From Eledone cirrhosa (lineage: Eukaryota): DNA of 64,000 bases. Location: NCBI GenBank assembly GCA_964016885.1, contig OZ024740.1:278628001-278692000 (forward strand), in the 5' to 3' direction. A model generated the notes under the pieces. It saw only the letters and a program-made list of their open reading frames with translations, was not told the DNA's origin and searched no databases. The translations under genes and the position numbers were made by a program. Every line of letters begins with the position of its first letter. Within the stretch, counting starts at the first letter, position 1. Below, one piece after another: positions 1 to 12,784 of the stretch.

Positions 1-300
1 AAGGTAAAGACACCCTTCGCTCACCAATGGCCATGGAATTTGCACTTAGAAATTTCCCCTCCGTGACATAAAACTGGACAAGGTTGTTTGTGGAAGACTA
101 GACGTTACCTATGCATACCAGTCTCGCCTCTCCACGCCACCGATGTTGTCCAAGGGAAAAGCAGAGGCCGATACAACTTTGCTCCAGTGTTGTCTAGCTC
201 ATGGACACAACACATCTTGCTCAAGGACTCAACACATCACTCGGTCAGGGAATCGAGCCCACAATCTTACGATTGCAAGCCCAACGCTCTAAGCCATGCC
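1..300 (-). mobile_element. tRNA-derived SINE (octopus OK-like family)
   Basis: Minus strand begins ggcatggcttagagcgttgggcttgcaatcgtaagattgtgggctcgattccc (tRNA-like A/B boxes), followed by a non-tRNA body; family name is from recall. Confidence 0.6.
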
Positions 301-332
301 AATGTTTGTTAGAATTGAAATTGGGGTAGAGC

Positions 333-680
333 AGGTGGATTAGCAGTATCGATAGAGCGTCGGACATGTTTTGTGGCATGAAGTTACGGTCCTTACGTTC
401 TGAGTTCAAATTCAACCGAGATTATCTTGGCCTTTCATCATTACGGGGTCGATAAAATAAAATACCAGTAATGCGCTTGGGTCGATTTAATCACCAAAAT
501 TGTTGTAATTTGGAATTAGTAGTATCGGCTCAACATCGGACAACATTTCTTTGCGGCATATAATGCATATAATTACGTCCCTTTACGTTCTGAGTTCAAA
601 TCTCGCCGGGGTTAGCTTTGCTTTTCAACTTACGGGGTTAATAAAATAAAATAAAATGCCAGTAATATGTCGATTGACTG
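333..680 (+). mobile_element. two tandem tRNA-derived SINE copies (family S1, Meta-domain-like core)
   Basis: ggtggattagcagtatcgatagagcgtcgga...gagttcaaat (B box)...gcctttcatc..acggggtcgataaaataaa.taccag; this motif recurs more than 10 times in the window. Confidence 0.75.
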
Positions 681-3529
681 AGAAAATAGCCTGGTAGTAT
701 CCAGGAGATAATTTTTAAATTCTGTTGATTTTAACCATTCATTCATTGGAGGTCTATAAGAAAAAAGTACCACATTCCCTCAACTACGCTCTGCATATGC
801 AAGATTTTTATAAACTTTAGGCTGAAATCTCGATCTACTTAAAATGTTAATGTATACTTTGGTGCGTCTTATATTTAACAGAATCTGTCACTGTCAGCTA
901 AATCTTATCCCAATTTTCGAGATTATCTTAGGAGAAACATTTTGTATCTGGATATGTATGAAATTAAACTTGTTTTTGAAAGATTTACACGCACAAATGC
1001 ATTTTCCTGGAGCTGAAAAGTTGATAATTTAGATAAGAGAAAGATATTAATCGCTGCAATAATTGACTCACATTTACATGATAATGAAATATCCACGGCA
1101 GGCAAATATTGTCCTTATTTTTTAATTATGCCAATTATACTTGTTTCAAATGATTTAGAAACCTTTTTTCTGTATTTAAAAATGATTAGAATTTACAATG
1201 TCGATGAGATCGAAAAGCCCTAAATATGCAAAGAAAAATCGGTTATTTCTTCCCAAAAGCATGAAAATCAATTGAGAAATTGATTCTAAATATCTTTGAA
1301 TTATGTTCCATTTTGTAAGCCGGTATCAATTTCCGCTGGGTTTATTTTCTTTCTCTAATTATAAAGGAAATTTTAATTATTAAGAAATTTGGGGCACAGC
1401 ATTCTTAATTAATATCTTAATTATCAAAATTCATTCCACTGTTCATTTGAGTTGTTTCCCTTGGGCCAATTTATTTATATTTTCACCGACTTATTTACCA
1501 CTTTAAGAATACTATGAGATTTCTTTTCGACTGTCCAAGACATTTAAATTGTATTAACATAGGTTGATGCTGTTGTCGTTATTGTTGTTCGATAAGGCAA
1601 CACTAATCCAATGAATTTATAATCAAATATATTTCAGTCAGGATTTTTTGTTTTTTATTGCGAGGCAGAGATTGCAGATATAGTCTATCTAGAACTAGAC
1701 TATGCAATGTGTCCTTTTTTAAGGTGGTATGGTTTGCTTTAAGAGTCGGTTTACAGCTATTTCTATCGGGTAGTGTTCTCTCGCGACCTCGAAACTTGTT
1801 AGAAAATACAGTTTTAATTTCATGCTAGAAAATCACATTTCTATTAATGTTAATATGTCGACTATTCGATTGGAATAATACGTTCAAGAGGAAAGATGTG
1901 TTATATTCTACAGTCAAATACACAGTATTCCACTATAAAAAAGCTTGGCTATGTTGCAAGAACTACATTGCATTAAGAAAATATTTAATTTACCATCCTA
2001 TGAGACTAGTTTGCCTAAGGGAAATTTACATCTCCAAAATATTAATAGCAGCGAAACCAATAACGTAAACAAACATATTATTAGACTTCAGCCATCAGCA
2101 AATATTTCCATAATCTTTCTACCAATTCGGTTGAAATATTTTTCAATATTCTTTGTGGAGGTCTCTGAATTTTGAAAATCTTTCAAATCCACTTCAATTA
2201 TCATGCCTAATTATTTTGTCTTCACTTAAAACAAATAACGCGTAATACAACCGACTCGAGTAATTATATGTCTTACTAAAGGGTTTATTGGTAAGACAGT
2301 TAATACAAAAGAATTAATTGGGATTTAATCTCATAACATAAAAAGAAAAAATCCTAAATGGGTTTCATTCCGATTTTATGTTCGAATGAATTACTTGAAA
2401 ACATTTACTGATATGTTCCATCACACTTCCAAATTGGAATGAGTAGAATGCTTATAAAGTTAAAATTAAAATAAACGGAAAGAAAAGAATTTACTGCAAA
2501 TTGCAATGAAATTAGAGTTCCTTCTAGCTATATATGTTAGAAAAATTGGCATTAAGTTTTCAATATAATTAAATTTCCATTGAATTATTCAATCAGAATT
2601 AATTCACACTGGAAAATTTGAGGTTTTCTTGATCTCGAGAGTTTCATCTCAAGTGTACAATTTAGCAAGGCTATATCATTAAAAATATATATCGGTCCCT
2701 AATTCATTGACATTTTTGCTTTAGACTATTTTATGTGTGTATTTTTCGAGAAAGATTTATTTTTTCTCATTTCTTTTCAATCGATTTTCAATTTACGTAA
2801 GTTTGATGGAAGTAGTTTCTTCCTTATTTAATTAATTACTTCGGAAAGTGTTTTGACCAGCTTTTGGTAAGTTGTGTATGATTTTGTCAAAGTTTTCAAA
2901 GCTTTTTATATATTTATTTATTTATATATTTATTTATTTATTTATTTATTTATTTATTCATTTAACTTTGTTTCTGCAATCATCCTGGGCATATTATATT
3001 TAGTAATATAAAAATGTTAATATAAGTTTTTCGTATTTCTAGTACGAGTATTGGATTATTCATTTTGTGAAAAGTAGCATTTAAATATTTTTATTTCATT
3101 TTGTTACATTTAATAAAATTCCACCTATTTTAAGTCTGTGATTCACTTAAAGTTATTGTTCTTGTGTAGTTAGTTTAGAATACTCTCAGTTTTTAGTAGA
3201 TGTGGTTCATATTCCCGACGGTTTTTTTTATATTTCAGATATCAGATAATATTTTTACTTAATTCCATTTGATTTCCGCTGTCTTGAAGCAGACACAGTT
3301 ATATGATGCTTGAAATAATATATAGGTTTGTCACGGTTGGAATGTCTTTGATTATACATTTTTTTGATCGGAGTCTACGTGAAACTAAACATTAACAACA
3401 ATATATATAACATTCTTCATCGTGTCATATCATTCCTTATCATAATAACTAATTAATGCTCTTTAAACACTTTCAAATCTTCCCTCACATCCGAACCTAA
3501 ATTGCATTCCAAACTCCTATGACAAAATG

Positions 3530-4150
3530 TGGTGGATTGGCAGTATCGAGAGAGCGTCGACAACGTGCTGTACAGCATAGTTACGGTCCGTTACGTTCTG
3601 AGTTCAAATCTCACAGAAGTTAGCTTAGCCTTTCATCCATACAGGGTCGGTAAAATAAAGCACCAGTAACGCATAGGGGTCAATTTAATCGACTTTCGCC
3701 TCCCCCGGAAAATTGTTGGCATTGTGCCTAAATCAGAAAACATTATTATCAACATAGTATCGGTAGAGGGTCGGACGCCATGCTTTCCAGCATAGTTACG
3801 TCCCTTTACGATCTGAGTTCAAATCCCGCCGAGGTTGACTTTGCCTTTCATCTTACAGGGTCGATAAAATAAAGTACCAGTAATGCACTGGGTAATTGCT
3901 GGCCTTGTGCCTAAAGTAGAAACAATTATTATCAACATAAGGGTGGTGGATTTGCAGTTTTGGTAGAGCGTCGGATACCATGATTCGTAACATAGAGTTA
4001 CGTCCCTTTACATTCTGAGTTCAAATCCCTCCGAGGTTAGCTTTGCATTTCAAGCTTAAGGAGTCGATAAAATGAAGCACCAGTAACGCATAGGGGTTGA
4101 TTTAATCGACTTTTCCTTCTCAAAAGAGTTGTTGGCCTTGTGCCTAAATC
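3530..4150 (+). mobile_element. three head-to-tail S1 SINE copies
   Basis: Three repeats of ggtagagcgtcgga...ctgagttcaaatc...gcctttcat...ggtcgataaaataaag.accagtaa, each ending near gtgcctaaa.tagaaac. Confidence 0.8.
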
Positions 4151-4439
4151 AGAAACCATTACTATCATATTTTCAACTGTTTCATATCAGTTTCTTCTAC
4201 ACTAGTCAGTGTACCTTTGTATCTTTTCCGATGTGTTGCATCATTGTCTTTTGCTTAGCCAGAAGGACACGTTTTAAGAAATGGTTGTTCTTTTTACATC
4301 CTCTTACATAAACTTACTATTAATGTGTGTATGGTGCGGCAAATAAATATACACATATATACCAGGTCCGAACGCAAAGGAACCCCACTGTCACTGCCTC
4401 CCTCTCTTCCGCTCTCCACAACTCACACTATTATGAGCA

Positions 4440-4620
4440 AATAGGGGCCCACGTGGTGGCCACCCCACGGCCCCGGCGGACAGTGTACAGAAGGCGTTTC
4501 CCCGGAGGATGGTGAGTGAGATCCGCTGAAAGAGCTATTCTAGTTCGCGAGGTTCACACTTGCGGGTAGCCAACTCTGTGCCGATGGTGGTGAATAATGA
4601 GGTGGCCCTAGGGTATGATT
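4440..4620 (-). mobile_element. 3' end fragment of CRE-like RLE non-LTR retrotransposon
   Basis: Reverse complement (cagcggatctcactcaccatcctccgggaaacgccttctgtacactgtccgccgggg) matches 45041-45100. Confidence 0.6.
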
Positions 4621-4764
4621 GTATGCTACATCAGACTTGCTTCTGCGATTAGTTTATTTGTTTCTTTCTCTCTTTCTTGTTTCTAGTAATACTTTATTGT
4701 TTCTAGTGTAGAATATGCGTGGTGTCAGCTGTCTTTTGTCAGATGGTAGTTGTCTCTGTATTTA

Positions 4765-4931
4765 CGAGGCTCGGCTTAAGAGTTCATAGACAGACCAAGA
4801 TATTCTCGTGGAATGACCAATGGAGTTTATTTTTCAACATAGTCCCTGGAAAAAAATGAATGCATGCAAGATTTCAAAGCTCTAGCATCCTTTCTTCATA
4901 GTCAGCCAACGAACTTTTTAGCCCTACCTCG
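4765..4931. mobile_element. Tc1/mariner-type MITE
   Basis: TA-cgaggctcggcttaagagttc ... gaactttttagccctacctcg-TA: imperfect TIRs with TA flanks; a related single TIR lies near 31005. Confidence 0.55.
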
Positions 4932-5006
4932 TATTGTGTTAATTTTATTATGCGTTTAAGTGTTTGGTGGTGATTGTGTGAAATATTTTCGTCCTATATA
5001 CATCGC

Positions 5007-5059
<53 letters not shown>

Positions 5060-6589
5060 AGATCCAATATCCTGGCATAGATTTGCAAATAGATGACTAT
5101 ACAATGCGTGACCTGTCATGAAGCTGTTAATGTTAAGGGTTATTTTGTATCACCGCACTTTGCTCTGAAGAAATCCTTTTATACAACAATGCCTTTCGAT
5201 GAGTCATGCGATGAGTGAATGGAGAGGATGCGTTTCTTTAAAATTTATCTTTAGCTTACAATATTGTCTTATTTTGTCGCTGCTCTTGCGCAATCCATAC
5301 ATGCATCGACACATTTATTCCATTCCAAATTTACTGCCTTTAACAATAAGCCCCTCTGAGGCAAATATTTTAACATGTTGTACGTCTGTCTAGTGATCGG
5401 CAGCATAGTAATTCCTTATGCACACTGTTTTTTATACAAATATCTCATAAATAGTAAGAACTACTACTACATTTCTAATGGCGGTTCATTCGTACAACTG
5501 AATCGCAAATTTAATACTTCCTTTAATTCTTTCAATATGTTGCACAAATTGGTTATTGCTGATTTCTATATAGATTTACATCGCTTATCAGTTGAAATGG
5601 ATTTTGTTTTCATTTTTCCCTGCTGATTTTTTTTCCGTGAATAACACTGTCATTCTACCTGCTATTGGCATCACAAGTTCTTCACCAATTTTTTAGATTT
5701 TATAATTGAATATGAACCTTTGTATGATTTCTTTTTCTTTGGGGAGGGGGTATGTTTTTTTAAAACAAATGTTATACTTTGAGGGTTTAAAATAATTGAA
5801 AAAAGATTGTCTGCTATCATTTTAATTTAACGGAATTCACACTTTTATTAACCCAATATGCGTTACAAATTAAACGGAGTGGGTGGTGCACTTCATACCT
5901 AAGATCAAAAGTGTAAATCAGAATTGCAAAATAGATTCTATGAATTAGAAACTTAACAAATATTTTGAAAATAACTGTAAAAAAATATTTAAATAACTAA
6001 CATAAATCGAGACGAATATAAATTTAAATTCCATAATGAATAAAATATTAAATTTAAATAAAATATTAAATTTAAATTCCATAATGAATAAAATATTTAA
6101 AAACTTGTTTTTCTATTTATTGAATTAATTTTATGTAATATTAAGTTTCTCTGGAAATTTGGAAACAGACGTCGTTATTTGTATATTTTGCGACCAAATC
6201 ACACCAAATTATCTGAACAAGTAACTACTATTGCAGCACAGTTCATTTCTTGTATATAACGTATGTTCAGACTAAGAATTCAAAATCTTTGCTGTGAACA
6301 CACACTGTATCTATTCTCCTTTCGTGTTCTAAAACACATCTGCCTGTCGCGACTTATAGTTTAAGATCTACTGGTGTAGATTATGTGCTGTGGATATTGT
6401 GTGTTAAGATAAAGTGTTTAGAATATGAATTTTGACAGATGTTGGTATTGAAAGGAATGTATCAGTAGTGAGTTTTGATAATGTAAGTCCTTGTTCTGTG
6501 TTAAATTATTGTGATGATTGTATAAAGCATCTGTTTTGTAAAGGGCAGCAACTGAAGACAAAGAGTCTGGAGGTACTTAGCTACGTCTC

Positions 6590-6678
6590 TTCACGTTCTG
6601 AGTTAAAATTCCGCTGAAGTCAACTTTGTATTTCATCCATCCAGGGTCGATAAAATAAAATACCAGTCAAGTACTGAA
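6590..6678 (+). mobile_element. partial S1 SINE
   Basis: cgttctgagttaaaattccgctgaagtcaactttgtatttcatccatccagggtcgataaaataaaataccag. Confidence 0.65.
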
Positions 6679-6949
6679 TTTATTTCATCAATCATAATTT
6701 TCCGGTTTGTTAAAAATTATCGTCATCATCGTCATTATCATCATCGGGACAAACAGCCCTAAAACCCCGGATTATTAACAAGCCAATATTTCACAATTAC
6801 GAATGTGATCGCTCAAGCTAGGTGTGGTAGTCATCAGCGTGACCAGAATTTTTAAGACGCACTCACTCGATCTCTTTCTAATCAACTACAAGTTTTAAGT
6901 CTCAATCAGCTTGGATAATTTGGTGTGGCAGTACTGTTTCCAAAAGACA

Positions 6950-7900
6950 CCAACGTAGAGTTAAACACAGCTTTCGTAGACCCGGAGTGGAAGTTGGTAA
7001 TCTTCGACGAAAGCAACAGTGCCCTTGATAGTGCTTTCAGACAGGTAGCCACCATGCTCCAACAAGGACTAAAAAGGTAGTCTATAAATCTTCTACGAAC
7101 ATCTTGCTCATTAATGCTAGAAGACAACTGAAATAAAATCTTAAACGGACGCTATCTTTCTGAACCTTTCAAACTAGCACAAAGATAGCACCTGGATCTC
7201 GGAGATACAATGAGTGGTACAGGTTGTACTTAAACTAAACCCGCAATATGGTCAGATTCAATAATATTAATAATACTGCATTTTCTTTCATGTGCTGTAA
7301 AAACTGAAACACTCGCTCTCTCAAGAAAGTATGCTCGGTGCATTCTACATATGAGTGGAATTATTCTGAATCATGGGGGAGTTTCAAGTATTTAGGGAGC
7401 GTTTTTATGAGCGATGGAAGACAAGAGACTGAAATCGATGCAAGAATTGCTGTAGATGAAGTAATGCGCCAGTTTCAGCTTTCGGTCATCAGAAGGATGG
7501 TAGGTGTAAAAATTAAACTCTCTATCTTAATTAGGAGTTCGGAATTACCCTTACTTATGGCCTAGAATCTTGAGTAATGATCGAAAGAATACGATCACGA
7601 ATACAAACAGCCGAAATGCGGTTCTTCCGAAGGATCTTTGGAGTAACGTTACTCGATAGGATGCGTAACTCGATAATCAGGGAGTTGCTCCAGGTAGAGC
7701 CGCTACTTCTCCGAATCGAGAGATTACAGCTCCAGTACTACGAACTTGTGATTAGAACGTCTAAGAAAACAATCACTGGACAGGTTTTACGGGCAAAGTC
7801 AACCGGCAAGAAACATAGGAGTAGACCCCGAGATGGTTCGATTACATCTATAAGCTCGGTTGATCTAGCTTGGGGGTCCAGCCGTATCAATTAGATACGT
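6950..7900 (+). pseudogene. degraded RTE-like LINE reverse-transcriptase/C-terminal fragment
   Basis: FKYLGSVF..DG..E.EIDARI (7338 ORF) and RIQTAEMRFFRRIFGVTLLDRMRNS.IRE.L.VEPLL (7577 ORF) are typical RTE C-terminal motifs; stops and frameshifts present; weaker RT similarity at 6950-7190. Confidence 0.7.
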
Positions 7901-7957
7901 TTCCTTCTGATAATACCATGGTATTTCATTTATTTCCTACATATATTCAAAGTTATT

Positions 7958-8130
7958 TCGGTAGAGGGTTGGACGCCATGCTTTGATGCATAGAGTTACG
8001 GCCCTTGCCATTCTGAGTTCAAATCCCGCCTAGGTTAACTTTGCCTTTCATCCTTACGAGGTCGATAAAATAAAGTACCAGTAATGCACTGGGATAATTG
8101 CTGGCCTTGTGCCAAAAGTAGAAACAGTTA
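7958..8130 (+). mobile_element. S1 SINE
   Basis: Same motif as other S1 copies. Confidence 0.75.
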
Positions 8131-8319
8131 TTTAACTAAACTTCTTAATTCTTCATTTAGTTTTTACAGTCGATAATACGTTCTGTGCGTAGCCGCAGAA
8201 AATATATTAAGTCGGGCTCCAGGAAGCATAAGGTAGACTATACGATTCATAATAAATTAGCTCTTTTATATACACAACGCTCTTTTCTTTTTCCCTCTCC
8301 GTGAAATCTCTCGCTACGT

Positions 8320-8337
8320 GCACACGCATACGCACAC

Positions 8338-8370
<33 letters not shown>

Positions 8371-8371
8371 C

Positions 8372-8416
<45 letters not shown>

Positions 8417-8530
8417 TACATACATACATGCGCACACACACATACATACATACATACATACATACATACATACATACATACATACATACATACATGCGCA
8501 CACACACAAACACACACATATATATATATA
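8320..8530. repeat. compound microsatellite (CACG)n/(CA)n/(CATA)n/(TA)n
   Basis: Seen directly. Confidence 0.95.
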
Positions 8531-8730
8531 GGAACAAGTATGACCCCGACGGCAGAGCTCAAGCCGTTTCGACGGCTATTTCTGGACTCCAGAGTCCAGA
8601 AATAACCGTCGAAACGGCTTGAGCTCTGCCGCCGGGGGTCATACTTGTTCCTGTTACCCACTCTACTACCATAAGTATTGAGTACTTTGGTGCGTTATGG
8701 TCCATCTGGTTCCTTACCACAATTCCTTCG

Positions 8731-8733
<3 letters not shown>
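8530..8733 (+). mobile_element. fold-back PLE-terminus-like element, family B (123-bp hairpin 8530-8652 containing the 3' half of an HHR)
   Basis: Near-perfect palindrome; GAAACGGC-ttgagctct-GCCG; homologous to 15643-15848, 22925-23058, 33503-33560 and 52958-53209; flanked by (TA)n. Confidence 0.7.
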
Positions 8734-8795
<62 letters not shown>

Positions 8796-9602
8796 TAAAC
8801 AAATAATGAATAAACAATTCCTTATATTAAACAAAAAAAGTTCATTATTTAACGATCGTTTCTAGGATATATATGTGTTAGAGTTGGCATGCATATTCAA
8901 CAGATCTATGTACAAAATTATACAAAATTATACAAACTATCAAGATTAAATATACATACCAACACATATATACGCCGTCTTCAGAAATAATGAAATATAT
9001 TTATTGATAATAACAACAATTCAAACTTTCAGGTCCAATGAAAATACAAAAGGTTTAATGCAGTTCGGTGTGTGTATATACATGTAACAACCCTTACACA
9101 TATTTTACAAAAATGTATGCACAACCTGTATACGCATACAAAAAGGATGGATGCAAATACAAAATTTCTGTAAGTTTATAATGCACAGATAAGATGCGTA
9201 TAGATACATAAATATGAAATAAGTGTATACACATATTTTCATACTAACACATATCCGTACAATCACACATACACGCGCGTATATGCATAAACATACACAT
9301 AAACTACGAACATACAAACACACACACACCCCCACTCACATATATATATATGTGGATATAAAATCCTAAGCACATGGATATTAATTCACTCACATAAACA
9401 CTGGCACACACATTTAGATAAAGATACAGAAATTAGGTGGGAGGGGGGGGGGGAAGAGGTCAGTATTCAACGGTTTGGGCTGACTGCTTAATATAGATGT
9501 ATCTATAAACTAAGAAAATAAAAAATAATAAATAATAAATAAACATTAAAAAGGAAAGAAAAGAAAAAGAAAAAAGAAAAAAGAAAAAAGAAATATATCA
9601 AG

Positions 9603-9604
<2 letters not shown>

Positions 9605-9678
<74 letters not shown>

Positions 9679-9828
9679 CACACACACACACACATATATA
9701 TACATACACATATACAAACACATACATACATATACACACATCCACACTTAGAGCATACATACACACACATATATAAACATATACATATACACACATACAT
9801 ACATATACACACATACATATAAATACAC

Positions 9829-9873
<45 letters not shown>

Positions 9874-10184
9874 CACTCATACATACACATATAATCACAC
9901 ATACTATATAGACACACATATATATACACACATACACACACATATACATACACTTACATACATATATACATAGAGATATACACATACATACCTATATATA
10001 CACACAAATACATACAGACATATATACATACATACAGACAAATACTTACGCATCTATATATCGGTATATACATACAAACACCACTACACTCTCACACAAC
10101 TCAGACATACAAAGAAAAAGGTATATACCCATACACATATACATATACAAATAGAGAAACATATATATATATATATATATACAT

Positions 10185-10251
<67 letters not shown>

Positions 10252-10451
10252 CACACATACACACATACACATACATACACATACATACATGTACACACAC
10301 ATAGATATATATACACACATACACACATACACATACATATATAGTCATACACACACATACACCTACACGAACATACACATACACATATACAAAGATATAT
10401 ATACACACACACACACACATACACACACACACATATATATAAAAAAAATAA

Positions 10452-10492
<41 letters not shown>

Positions 10493-11087
10493 CACATACG
10501 TACACACATACATAGACATATATGTACATACATACATATACATAGATACATACACACACATACATACATATATATATACACACATAGACATATACATACA
10601 TACACACACAACATACATACACACATATATACTCATACATAGAATTAGATATATAATCATACATACATACGCACTTACATATACTCATATATACAAATAC
10701 AAACGCATCCATATATGCGTATATACATAGAAACACCACTACACCCTCACCCAACTCAGACATACAAAGAAAAAGGCATATACATATACATATATACACG
10801 CATTAATAGAGATATATATACACATATATATATATATATATATACACACATACACTTATATACATATACCCACACACACATACAACCATAAATACACATA
10901 CAAACACCCACATATATATATATATACACATATATATATATATACACACACATAAAAAACAGACATGCACATATATATATTTTTTTATACATATATATAC
11001 ACATATATATACATATACACACCCTCACATATACACACATACACATAAGTTATATTATAATAATAAATAATATATATATACACATAC

Positions 11088-11137
<50 letters not shown>

Positions 11138-11397
11138 GAATATAGACATATATACACACATAGATATATATACATATATATATACACATACATATACACA
11201 CACACACATATACACATTCACATATATATGTGTGTGCACACACACATATATATACATACACACATATACACATAAACACATATATGTGTATACATGCACA
11301 CACACACATATATCCACATAGATACGAAGATAGACATATAAATAGAGAGACATACATATATATACACACACACCTATACATACATACATACACACAC

Positions 11398-11469
<72 letters not shown>

Positions 11470-11550
11470 AGACATACACATACACATATATATACACATG
11501 CATATATACACATATACACATACATACACACATATATATATACACACACA
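9605..11550. repeat. large degenerate (TA)/(CA) microsatellite tract
   Basis: Seen directly; includes an internal duplication of about 50 bp (10080-10130 and 10735-10785). Confidence 0.95.
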
Positions 11551-12784
11551 CAATCTTACATTCTTATTTGCATGCGCATATATGTATTTTTATATTCAGA
11601 TATAAATACGCAAATATATATACACCCACCTACATATATATTCATACATACACGCTTACAAACACAGATGATAATAGTATGGGGGAAAGGGGGGGTTGGA
11701 GAAGGGGATTATAGTAAATATATGTTTCAAGAAACATAGAATATTATCCGTATCTAGATCCAATGTATGTTTTTACATAGTATCAGTGTTAGGAAATACA
11801 ATAAACAAGAAATAAGGCAAAATTTATGCATTTCAAAATAAATAAGTATACCATTAATTATATGTTAACTAAACTAAAGATAGTTAACATATTGATTTCT
11901 AAGGTGTAAATTAGTTAGTTTTATAATATTTGAAGCAGAGTTTTGAAGTTAAATAGTAGTAGAGTATTAATTATAGTATAACTAAATTAAAGTTAATAAC
12001 GTTATGGTATCAATATTAGGAAATGAATTTAGTAATAGGGAAAAAACAAAAACAAATAAAGTATTACATCGGTAGTAGAATATAAATTATAGGTTAATTA
12101 AATTAAAAATTATATATTTATTTCTATAGTATATGTTAATTAGGTATATAATAAATAAAACAGATATTGTATTTTATCAATAGCAGAATATAATTATATG
12201 CAAATAGAAATCAAAATTAATACATATACATATACATATACATACACATATATATATACATATATATACATATATATACACATATATACACATATACATA
12301 CGCACACACATACACATACACATATACATATACATATTTTTTCAAAAATTGCAAAGAATATATTAACTAGGTATAAATCCAAAACACATCCCATTCTATG
12401 ATTACATGACATTCTGCAATTCGTCTGTATAAGGATATTAATTTTAAGCCAATTAAATTAAATTTTTAGGTTGATTAAAATTAAAACCAAATTATAAATA
12501 TATTTCTAAAATGTATATTAATTAGGTCTATAATACTAAAAATTATTTCTCTGTCATTGGATACACGATATTTTGTTATATTTTATCTGTAAAAGAATTA
12601 TAATAAAAGGTTTAAATAAATTAAAATTAATCTATAAATTAAATTACTAAGTATATATTAGTAATATTTAAAGGTTTTTCACAATTTATGATTACATAAT
12701 ATTTTATCTGTAATAGAATTTTAATTAAATTAAATTTATAGGTTAACTAACATTTAAATTAAATTAATTTCTAAAATAATGTTA

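Noticed and set aside
4327-4515. GC-rich island as a host exon or promoter
   Set aside because: Explained as the reverse complement of the CRE-like element 3' end seen at 45041-45110
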